Shown here piece after piece: positions 19,549 to 27,112 of a DNA stretch of 64,000 bases. A program made the position numbers and the translations under genes. Origin of the DNA: Candidatus Dormibacteria bacterium (lineage in GTDB: Bacteria; Chloroflexota; Dormibacteria; DASZGP01); assembly GCA_046262455.1 (NCBI GenBank), contig JBHEMS010000002.1, positions 1,889 to 65,888 of the forward strand, written 5' to 3'. The notes below the pieces were generated by a model, which saw only the letters and a list, made by a program, of their open reading frames with translations, was not told the DNA's origin and made no database searches. Numbering within the stretch: position 1 is the first letter of the stretch; each line of letters begins with the position of its first letter.

Positions 19549-20387
19549 GCCGCCACCCCGGTCCCCGCCGAGCCGAGGCTGGCCTGGAAGGCGCGGGCGG
19601 CGGCGGAGGCCGCCAGGTAGTCCGCGGCGGTGGGCTCGTGGTGACCGTAGTAGGACCGTTCGAAGGCCAGCAGCAGCGGCCGCAGCACCGGCCCCGTCCC
19701 CGCCCGGCTGAACGTCTCCCGCACCGTCAGCGGGCTGGCGGCGAAGCTACGGTTACCGGAGATCAGTTCCATCGTCCCCGCGGTCAAAGCGCGTATCGCG
19801 CCCCCATGGTCGCCGCGGGCCGCGCTCGCCTCCGCCTCGCGGAAGTACTCCGGAATCACATCGGCGGCTGGCGCTCCCAGGCCACTGTCCTTACGGCGGC
19901 GCAGCAGCGGACCTCGCAAAGCAGGCACCAGCAGCGCTATTGCCAGCAGGGTCAGCCCGGCGACCAGGAGGATGAGGATCCACTTGAAGAGGGCGGCACC
20001 GGGCTGCGTCAGCCAACCCAGGAACCGCGTGAAGAGCTCGCGGACGAACGCCAGCGGGCCCTGGTCCGGGTGGTACCGGGACTCCGCGAGGATGCCCTGC
20101 AGCCTGGCGTTGGTCGCGGCCGGGTCGGGGTCCGTTGCAACCTGGTCCAGGGCCCGCAGGGCGGCGTCGACACGCGACTCAGCCTCGGCCAGGCGGGGCG
20201 GCTGGGCTTCGACGGCGCTGATCGCCTCGAGCTCGGTGGGCGCGCCCTGGTGGAGAACCCGCGCCGCTTCGGCGGCGCGCCGCGTCGCGTCCGTGCCGGT
20301 CGCCGCGCGAAGGACCTCACGGGACCTGGCCAGTGACATGCGGTAGGCGAGCTGGTGGGTGTCCGCGGGAGCCGCGGCGGCAGGCAT
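19545..20387 (-). CDS. DUF4129-like membrane protein (conservative ATG start; probable true start CTG 20456)
   Basis: Central TM helix (WILILLVAGLTLLAIALLV) and a DUF4129-like C-terminus. The in-frame upstream sequence encodes a signal peptide (see findings). Confidence 0.75.
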   Translation of the reverse strand: MPAAAAPADTHQLAYRMSLARSREVLRAATGTDATRRAAEAARVLHQGAPTELEAISAVEAQPPRLAEAESRVDAALRALDQVATDPDPAATNARLQGILAESRYHPDQGPLAFVRELFTRFLGWLTQPGAALFKWILILLVAGLTLLAIALLVPALRGPLLRRRKDSGLGAPAADVIPEYFREAEASAARGDHGGAIRALTAGTMELISGNRSFAASPLTVRETFSRAGTGPVLRPLLLAFERSYYGHHEPTAADYLAASAAARAFQASLGSAGTGVAA

Positions 20388-20452
20388 CGCCAGGACCAGC
20401 AGGAGACCCGCGGTAGCCCCAAGGCCGGCGAGGCGGCGCCGGTGCTTGGTGG

Positions 20453-21334
20453 TCAGGCCGAGGGGGGCGGTAGGTTGGATGGAGACGAATGCTCGGCGGC
20501 GATGCCGGCCTCCCCGGCCATCAGCTGCAGGTCGAGGCTCTCTTTGCGAACGCGCATATCGAGGTAGAGCAGCGTCGTCGCCACCGCCTTGAAGGGCAGC
20601 ACCAGGGCCTGAGTGATGCTCGACAGCAGCCCTTCCACGCCGTTGCGCACCAGCCCGGCCGGGGCCGCCAGGGCCAGCAGCCCTGTCATCACGTCAACGA
20701 CGAGGGTCAGTACCAGCGGGATCACGATGACGACCAGGAGGAGGATCCCGAAGACTCGCCACCAGCTGCCCTTGACCAGGGCGGAGCTGCGCGTCAGGGA
20801 ACCGCCCACCCCGGCGTGCTCGAGGTACAGGACCTGGTAGCGGAAGGCCCAGCGGACCAGGACCAGGATGACGAAGGGGATCGAGATGACCGCAAAGGAT
20901 GTGAGCTCGAGCAGGACATAGATGATCCCGATCGCCCACAGGCGCCAGTAATTTCGCAGGGATTCCCGCAGGATCGACCCGACGGTCGCGGGAAGGCCCA
21001 GGGTGACCGCGCAGGCGGCGAAAATCGGCGCGCCGCTGGAGATGGGGAACGTCACGATGCCGAGCACTATCCCGACTCCGACCAGCCAGATCAGCGAGGT
21101 GTCCGGGGCCGCCACCTGGCCCCCGCCCAGGGCGGCGGCATACTGCCGCTGAAATGAGCCAAAGGCCCCCCCGGAGCCCGAGCCGATGGAGGTCACCAAC
21201 GCAGGCGCGGTGGCCACCAGGGCGACCCCGAACATCAGGGCGAAGTTGGCGCGATAGATGCGGAAAGCCTCATCCAACAACTCGCCGAGATCCAGCGGTC
21301 GGACTCGGTACGCGGGCGTGATGGAGGGCGCCAT
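20453..21334 (-). CDS. Polytopic membrane protein (DUF975/GPDPase-membrane-domain-like)
   Basis: YRVRPLDLGELLDEAFRIYRANFALMFGVALV N-terminus followed by at least 6 TM helices. ATG 21334 preferred over the track start at 21406. Confidence 0.7.
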   Translation of the reverse strand: MAPSITPAYRVRPLDLGELLDEAFRIYRANFALMFGVALVATAPALVTSIGSGSGGAFGSFQRQYAAALGGGQVAAPDTSLIWLVGVGIVLGIVTFPISSGAPIFAACAVTLGLPATVGSILRESLRNYWRLWAIGIIYVLLELTSFAVISIPFVILVLVRWAFRYQVLYLEHAGVGGSLTRSSALVKGSWWRVFGILLLVVIVIPLVLTLVVDVMTGLLALAAPAGLVRNGVEGLLSSITQALVLPFKAVATTLLYLDMRVRKESLDLQLMAGEAGIAAEHSSPSNLPPPSA

Positions 21335-21455
21335 GGTCCCGCCATGATAGGTTGCCGCGGCGCTCTTGTGACCGGGGCGGGGACCGGGCGTATCCTCTCT
21401 GCACACAACCTGACAGTGCCGTCACGTTGGACGGCCGGGATGAGAGGACCGCCTG

Positions 21456-22643
21456 ATGGATTTTGAGCTGACCCCCGAGGATGCCGCCTTCCGCGACGAG
21501 GTGCGGCAGTGGCTGAGCGACCGGAAAGATCGCATCGAGGAGGTCCGCGGATTCACCCGGACCAACCCTGGCCGCGAGGCCTTCGACAAGGCCCGCGAGT
21601 GGGAGAAAGAGCTGTATGACGGCGGCTGGGCGGGTGTCGCCTGGCCCAAGGAGTACGGCGGCCGCGGCGCCAGCCTGGTGCAGCAGGCGGTCTTCACCGA
21701 GGAGTACTCACGCGCCGAGGCGCCTGACCGCATCAATCGGCTCGGCCTCGGCCTGCTGGGTCCGACCCTGATGGTGTTCGGGACCGACGCGCAGAAGGAA
21801 CGACACCTTTCCAAGGTGCTGGCGTGCGAGGAGATCTGGTGCCAGGGATTCAGCGAACCGGGCGCGGGCTCCGACCTGGCGTCGCTGCGCACCAGGGCCG
21901 AGGACAGGGGTGACCACTGGCTGGTCAACGGCCAGAAGGTCTGGACCTCCCTGGGGGCCTACGCGGACTGGATTTTCGCGCTGGTGCGAACGGATCCTGA
22001 GGCACCCAAGCACAAGGGCATCACCTTTTTGCTCATCGACATGAAGTCACCGGGGGTGGAGGTGCGCCCCATCCGGCAGATCAACGGCTCGCCGACGTTC
22101 GCCGAGACGTTCTTCACCGACGTCAAGGTGCCCAAGGAGAACGTCGTGGACGAGGTCAACAACGGCTGGAAGGTCGCCATGACCACCCTCAGCTTCGAGC
22201 GTGGTACGGGCCTGGGCTCCCCGGTCGCCTTCAACAAAATCTGGAAAGAGGTCGTCGACATGTCGAAGACCGAGAAGCGCTACGACCTCATCGGCTCGGA
22301 CGACCCCGACGTGCGGCGCCGCGTCGCCCAGGGTTACATCGAGACGCGCGTCTTCCAGCTCAACACTCAGCGCGTGCTGAGCAAGCTCTCCAAGGGCGAG
22401 GCGCTGGGGCCCGAGGCCTCCCTGTCGAAGCTGTACTGGTCGGAGATGGAGGCGCGGCTCTTCGAGCTGGGCAACGACGTCGTCGGCCAGAAGGCCGAGC
22501 TGGTCGGGGGTCCCGACTCCCCCCAGGATGGCAAGTGGTTCCACGACTACTGGTACGCGCGGGCGTCGATGATCTACGCGGGCACCAGCGAGATCCAGAA
22601 GAACATCATCGCCCAGCGGGTGCTGGGCCTTCCGAAGGAGTAG
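21456..22643 (+). CDS. Acyl-CoA dehydrogenase
   Basis: WCQGFSEPGAGSDLASL, GQKVWTS and C-terminal IYAGTSEIQKNIIAQRVLG. Confidence 0.93.
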   Translation: MDFELTPEDAAFRDEVRQWLSDRKDRIEEVRGFTRTNPGREAFDKAREWEKELYDGGWAGVAWPKEYGGRGASLVQQAVFTEEYSRAEAPDRINRLGLGLLGPTLMVFGTDAQKERHLSKVLACEEIWCQGFSEPGAGSDLASLRTRAEDRGDHWLVNGQKVWTSLGAYADWIFALVRTDPEAPKHKGITFLLIDMKSPGVEVRPIRQINGSPTFAETFFTDVKVPKENVVDEVNNGWKVAMTTLSFERGTGLGSPVAFNKIWKEVVDMSKTEKRYDLIGSDDPDVRRRVAQGYIETRVFQLNTQRVLSKLSKGEALGPEASLSKLYWSEMEARLFELGNDVVGQKAELVGGPDSPQDGKWFHDYWYARASMIYAGTSEIQKNIIAQRVLGLPKE

Positions 22644-22649
22644 GCGGGT

Positions 22650-23678
22650 ATGGACTTCGATTTCTCCGAGGAGCAGTACATGCTCCGCGACGCTGTCCGC
22701 GACTTCCTGCAGAAGGAGTCCACTCCCAAGGCGGTCCGCGCGGCGTGGGAATCGGAGACTGGGCGCTCACCCGAGCGCTGGCGCAAGCTCGGTGAGATGG
22801 GTGTCCTCGGGCTGACAATCCCGGAGGACGCGGGCGGTGCCGGCATGGACGAGATCGACATGGTGCTGGTGCTGGAGGAGGCCGGCCGGCATGTGCTCCC
22901 GGAGCCGCTGCTCGAGCATGCGGTGGTCGGGGCGCCGTTGCTGGCGCGCGCGGGCACTGAAGAGCAGAAGGCCAGGTGGCTGCCCAAGCTCGCCACCGGC
23001 GAGGCCACGGTCACCGTCGGCCTGGCCAGCGAGCCCTACGTGCAGGACGCCACCGCCGACCTCGTGATCATCGAGCAGGACGGTGAGCTGCACGCGGCAA
23101 CGCAGGACCGCCTGTCTCTCACACCGCTGCAGTCGGCCGACGGCGCGCGCCGCCTCTTCAAGGTCACCGCGGAACTGGATGACGCCACCCGTATGGGCCC
23201 ATCCGGCGAGCATGCTAAATGGGCCTTCGAGCACGCCGCGGCGGCGACCGCGGCGCAGCTGGTCGGCATCGCCGATGCCATGCTCCAGCAGACCGTCGCC
23301 TACGCCAAGGAGAGAGAGCAGTTCGGGCGCAAGATCGGCTCCTTCCAGGCCGTGCAGCACAAGCTCGCGGAGATCTTTTTGCTGGTGGAATCGGCGAAGT
23401 CGGCCATCTACTACGCGGCCTACGCCCTGGCACACGACGAGCCGGATGCCCACATCCACGTTTCGGTTGCCAAGGCCTACGCCGGGGACGCCGAGCGGCG
23501 CGCCAACTACGAGTCCCTCCAGCTCCACGGCGGCATCGGCTTCACCTGGGAGCACGACCTGCACCTGTGGCTGAAGCGGGGGCGGGCGCTGGAGGCCCAG
23601 TACGGGGACAGTGACTGGCATCGACGCCGGATCGGTGACTGGGTCTACGCAGAAGGGGGTGCGGGCGTCACGGCCTGA
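22650..23678 (+). CDS. Acyl-CoA dehydrogenase family protein (shorter paralogue)
   Basis: FGRKIGSFQAVQHKLAE and LQLHGGIGFTWEHDLHLWLKR. Starts 6 nt after the preceding ACAD. Confidence 0.9.
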   Translation: MDFDFSEEQYMLRDAVRDFLQKESTPKAVRAAWESETGRSPERWRKLGEMGVLGLTIPEDAGGAGMDEIDMVLVLEEAGRHVLPEPLLEHAVVGAPLLARAGTEEQKARWLPKLATGEATVTVGLASEPYVQDATADLVIIEQDGELHAATQDRLSLTPLQSADGARRLFKVTAELDDATRMGPSGEHAKWAFEHAAAATAAQLVGIADAMLQQTVAYAKEREQFGRKIGSFQAVQHKLAEIFLLVESAKSAIYYAAYALAHDEPDAHIHVSVAKAYAGDAERRANYESLQLHGGIGFTWEHDLHLWLKRGRALEAQYGDSDWHRRRIGDWVYAEGGAGVTA

Positions 23679-23693
23679 CCAAACCGGGGGGAC

Positions 23694-24380
23694 ATGAGCA
23701 AGGACGCGGGCGCTAGCCAGAGCACCGGGGGTTTCCTGGGCGGTCTGACCGAGTCCGAACGCGACGGGCTGCTGGAGCGCGGCCGCCGGCGCCGTTACTC
23801 GAAAGGCGACACCTTGTTCCACGAGGGCGACGCGTCCGACTGGGTCGCGGTGCTCCTCAAGGGCCGGGCCAAGATCTCCTACGACTCTGAGGCCGGGACG
23901 GAGGTCGTGCTCGGCGTGCGCGACCCCGGCGAGCTCCTGGGCGAGCTGTCCGCGCTGGACGGGGCACCACGCTCAGCGACGGTAACCGCCATGGAGCCGG
24001 TCGAGGCCCTGGTCCTCACCGCGGGCGCCTTCCGCATGTACCTCGAGTCGTACCCGCGGCTCGCGCTCCAACTGATCCAGTCGCTCATGAGCCGCCTGCG
24101 AGACGCCGACGTCAAACGCGTGGAGTTTGGGACCTACGACAGCGTGGGGAGGGTGGCGCGTCGCCTCGTCGAGCTGGCCGAGCGTTTCGGACGCGCCGGG
24201 CCGGACGGCGTGGTCATCGAGCTCCCCATCACTCAACAGGAGCTCGCCGGCTGGACCGGCACATCACGCGAATCGGTGGCCAAGGCGCTCCACGCGCTGC
24301 GGCGGCTGGAGTGGGTCGATACCGGACGGCGCCAGTTCGTGATCCGCGACCTCGACGCGTTGCGCCGGCGGGGTATGTAA
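23694..24380 (+). CDS. Crp/Fnr-family transcriptional regulator (cNMP-binding domain plus HTH)
   Basis: The cNMP-binding beta-roll (GELLGELSALDGAPRSATV) and C-terminal HTH (QQELAGWTGTSRESVAKALHAL). Confidence 0.92.
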   Translation: MSKDAGASQSTGGFLGGLTESERDGLLERGRRRRYSKGDTLFHEGDASDWVAVLLKGRAKISYDSEAGTEVVLGVRDPGELLGELSALDGAPRSATVTAMEPVEALVLTAGAFRMYLESYPRLALQLIQSLMSRLRDADVKRVEFGTYDSVGRVARRLVELAERFGRAGPDGVVIELPITQQELAGWTGTSRESVAKALHALRRLEWVDTGRRQFVIRDLDALRRRGM

Positions 24381-24383
24381 ACA

Positions 24384-24419
24384 GGTACCGGGCCCCACCC
24401 TCAGGCAGGACCCGGTACC
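24384..24419. terminator. 9-bp perfect inverted repeat between convergent genes (possible bidirectional terminator or binding site)
   Basis: GGTACCGGG (24384..24392) and CCCGGTACC (24411..24419) with an 18-nt loop and no U-tract. Confidence 0.3.
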
Positions 24420-24442
24420 GGGGATGCTGGAGAGCTCCGAGC

Positions 24443-25309
24443 TCAGTGCAGGGGAGTCCGCACAGAGCTGCTGCCGGCGGGAAGGCCGAGCATCTTCCAG
24501 CCAAGGTCGACAGTCACTTCGGGGCTCAGCTTCGCAAGGGCCTCGGCATCCGGGGCGGCAGCGGCGCACGCGGCATCGTCATTGCCGATGCTCAGCACGC
24601 AGGTGCTGCCGGTCGCGTTGTAGCCGTAGGAGATGGCGAGGTCGATGTTGCCGGCCGCGCCCGGGACCACCACGGGGATGTCCAGGCTGTCGAGCTTCAG
24701 CGACGTCGAGTAGACGTTCACCTGGTTACCCGACTGCTGCCCGTCGACAAAAATCTGCAGGGCGTACATCCGATCGGACATCTTGTGGGACTTGATCTCG
24801 ACCGAGTGCGCCGTGACGTTGGCGGTGTCGAAGCTCACGGAACGCTGCAGCAGTTGCCGCTCGTTCCACTGCGCCGGGCCCACCGGGCTGGGGACGTCTG
24901 TGGATGCGGCTCCGCTGGTCGCTGCGGTGGGATCGACAACAGCCTTGGCCGTACCGGCGGTGGCCGCGGCCACGCTCAGCGCACCCTGGGCGGTGTCGTT
25001 TATGGTCTTGACCTCGCCGTTGGCGATGTCCGTGGCGTTCGGGGCGGCCGCGCCGGCGAGGTCGAGCGCCTGCTGTGCCGTGGCGTCCGCGCTGTCGAAG
25101 GTCGGGTCGAGCTGCGGCCGCGGAACCACGGTCCGCACCTGCTGGTGGTTGACATCTCCCTGGACGGAAAGCCCGTCCGTGCCGAAGATCCCGTCGAGCA
25201 CGCTGTTGACGGGCTGACGGACTGGGCCGGTGATGCCGGCCTGGACACCGAGGCAGCCGGCGGCAAAGGCCAGCCCGGCGGCACCTGGGGCAAGAAGCTT
25301 GCGGTTCAT
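24443..25309 (-). CDS. Secreted protein / possible lipoprotein, no recognised family
   Basis: GGAGGAGGG RBS before ATG 25309. MNRKLLAPGAAGLAFAAGC is a signal peptide with a lipobox-like AAGC. High GC3. Confidence 0.75.
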   Translation of the reverse strand: MNRKLLAPGAAGLAFAAGCLGVQAGITGPVRQPVNSVLDGIFGTDGLSVQGDVNHQQVRTVVPRPQLDPTFDSADATAQQALDLAGAAAPNATDIANGEVKTINDTAQGALSVAAATAGTAKAVVDPTAATSGAASTDVPSPVGPAQWNERQLLQRSVSFDTANVTAHSVEIKSHKMSDRMYALQIFVDGQQSGNQVNVYSTSLKLDSLDIPVVVPGAAGNIDLAISYGYNATGSTCVLSIGNDDAACAAAAPDAEALAKLSPEVTVDLGWKMLGLPAGSSSVRTPLH

Positions 25310-25340
25310 GGAACCCTCCTCCGGGCCTTGGCGGCCCTGA

Positions 25341-26639
25341 ATGTTTTTCGATGGGTTCAATGTCGCCGGGATCGGCCTCGCACTCCACGTACTTCGACAC
25401 AGTCGCGCCGTAAGATTCCGCGCCGTGGTACTTGACCCCCACGATCGATTCGACCGCCTGCGCGCAGAGTGGGCCGCCCTTGCGGATCGCTACCTGCCGG
25501 TGGTGACGCCCGGCTCACCATGGCGCAGCAGCGTGGCGGGCACCCCGTCTGATTTCCCCGACCAGGGATGGAAGCTCCATCTCTCGGCGACGATCCTGAG
25601 CGCGCCGCGACTCCTCCGGCGCGCCGGACCGGTCCTGCGTCGTCATGGGGCCGTGTTCAAGGGCCCGGAGGACCTGGTGTTCCTGGACCGTCTGAACACC
25701 GGCCTGGACGGGTTCAGCCAGATCGGCAAGTGCCTAACGGTCTACTGCCGCAGCACCACTGATGCCGCTGAGCTCGCGCCCGCCTTGCACCAGGCGACGC
25801 TTGGCCTGCCGCATCCCGCGGTCCCTTTCGACCGCCGCTACCGGGAGGGCAGCGCCGTCTACTACCGGTACGGCGCCTTTCAGGAGGACTTCCTTGTCGA
25901 CCCCGAGGGGCATGCCGCGCCGGATCGCAGGGAGTCGGGACGCGCCGTCCCGAACTGGGTATCAGATCCACTCGCGGGTCAGACAGTGCCGGCCGCGCCG
26001 CCGGCGCCCTCCCCCCTCGCGGAGAAGTATCGTGTCTTTCAGGCGCTGCGCAAACGAGGAAAGGGCGGCGTGTTCCTCGCACTCGACGTTACCGCCTCAC
26101 CACCCCGCCTCTGCATCGTCAAACAGGGTCTGAAGCACGGGGAGCCGGGCCCCGACCGTCGCGACGGACACTGGCGTGTACGGCGCGAGGCGCGCGCCCT
26201 GCGCAGCCTGCGCCGCCGGGGCATCCCCGTTCCACAGGTGTTCGCCGAGTTCGACGTGGAGGACGGCCATTACGTCGTCCTAGAGCACGTCGAGGGGACG
26301 GGCCTGGACCAGGTCATCTCCGCCGGCATCACCGCGCTCCAGGCCCGGCGCCTGTCGCGCGAACTGTCGCAGTTGGTGAGGGCGATCCACAATGCCGGTT
26401 GGACGTGGCGAGATTGCAAGCCGGAGAACATCATCGTGACCGGGTCGGGCGAGCTGAGGCCCCTGGACTTCGAGGGCGCATCCCGCAGGGGCGAGAAGCC
26501 CGCATACCCGTTTAATACCCCGTCATACCGCGCTCCTCTGCCCGCACCGGGTCGTCCATCGAAACCCCACGTCGAGGATCGGCACAGCCTGAGATTGGTC
26601 CGCCGCGAACTCATGGATGCGGCGGGTTTGACACGGTAA
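25341..26639 (+). CDS. LanKC/RamC-type N-terminal lyase-like domain fused to a Ser/Thr kinase domain; no LanC cyclase domain
   Basis: Lyase-type core: GWKLHLS...SQIGKCLTVY...AVYYRYGAF. Kinase core: GKGGVFLA, CIVKQG, WRDCKPENIIV, LDFEGA. Start uncertain (ATG 25341, or an in-frame GTG near 25425). Confidence 0.8.
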   Translation: MFFDGFNVAGIGLALHVLRHSRAVRFRAVVLDPHDRFDRLRAEWAALADRYLPVVTPGSPWRSSVAGTPSDFPDQGWKLHLSATILSAPRLLRRAGPVLRRHGAVFKGPEDLVFLDRLNTGLDGFSQIGKCLTVYCRSTTDAAELAPALHQATLGLPHPAVPFDRRYREGSAVYYRYGAFQEDFLVDPEGHAAPDRRESGRAVPNWVSDPLAGQTVPAAPPAPSPLAEKYRVFQALRKRGKGGVFLALDVTASPPRLCIVKQGLKHGEPGPDRRDGHWRVRREARALRSLRRRGIPVPQVFAEFDVEDGHYVVLEHVEGTGLDQVISAGITALQARRLSRELSQLVRAIHNAGWTWRDCKPENIIVTGSGELRPLDFEGASRRGEKPAYPFNTPSYRAPLPAPGRPSKPHVEDRHSLRLVRRELMDAAGLTR

Positions 26640-26715
26640 CCAGCGGACTATATCTTGTACCGCCGAAGGGCGGTTGCCGAGTCGGCGGCCTCAACTGCGA
26701 GAAGGGAGGACCATT

Positions 26716-27111
26716 GTGAAGCTCCACGAAGTGATCAGTCGTGCCGCCGAGGACAAAAAATTCGCCGCCGAGCTGCGAGACCTGGCGTATCGCGCCCGCG
26801 ACGAAGGTATGAAGAGCGCGGCGTGGGCGGAGTTGTTGGAGCACGTCGTCGAGACTCCCAGCGACATGCTGGCGATGAACACCACGGTCGGTTACTCACA
26901 GATGATCACGGCGACGACCAGCAAGAACGCGCTACTCTGCAACGTCATCAGTCAGATCACCGGTGGCACAGGCTTCGCATTCAGGCCCGCTGCGGTTCCT
27001 TCGACTCGAAAGTCCTCTCCTCGAAAGAAGACCGTTTCAAAAAGCAAGCCGGCCAACAAGCCAGCGTCGGCGAGGGCCAAAAAGTCGTCCGCGAGGGGAT
27101 CCAGTAAATAG
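26716..27111 (+). CDS. 131-aa Ser/Thr-rich protein with a helical leader-like N-terminus and a K/R/S/P-rich tail (candidate kinase-lyase substrate)
   Basis: GGGAGGA then 6 nt then GTG 26716, in frame with track ORF 26674..27111. Contains AEDKKFAAEL, a GG at residues 83-84, and an SPRKK-containing tail. Confidence 0.6.
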   Translation: MKLHEVISRAAEDKKFAAELRDLAYRARDEGMKSAAWAELLEHVVETPSDMLAMNTTVGYSQMITATTSKNALLCNVISQITGGTGFAFRPAAVPSTRKSSPRKKTVSKSKPANKPASARAKKSSARGSSK

Positions 27112-27112
27112 C

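Noticed and set aside
21418-21435. GCCGTC-N6-GACGGC inverted repeat between the divergent membrane-protein and ACAD genes, considered as a Crp or TetR operator.
   Set aside because: It is only 6 bp per arm and GC-rich, so it is expected by chance at this composition. It does not match the TGTGA-N6-TCACA Crp consensus.
26640-26715. CCGCC-GAAG-GGCGG hairpin between the lyase-kinase gene and the peptide ORF, considered as an attenuator or terminator.
   Set aside because: It has a 5-bp stem and no U-tract, so nothing distinguishes it from chance in GC-rich DNA. It is mentioned only as context.
26655-27107. Alternative-frame 150-aa ORF overlapping the 131-codon ORF.
   Set aside because: It has no RBS and an Arg/Asp/His-rich composition. 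The other frame has GGGAGGA-N6-GTG and a structured, protein-like sequence.
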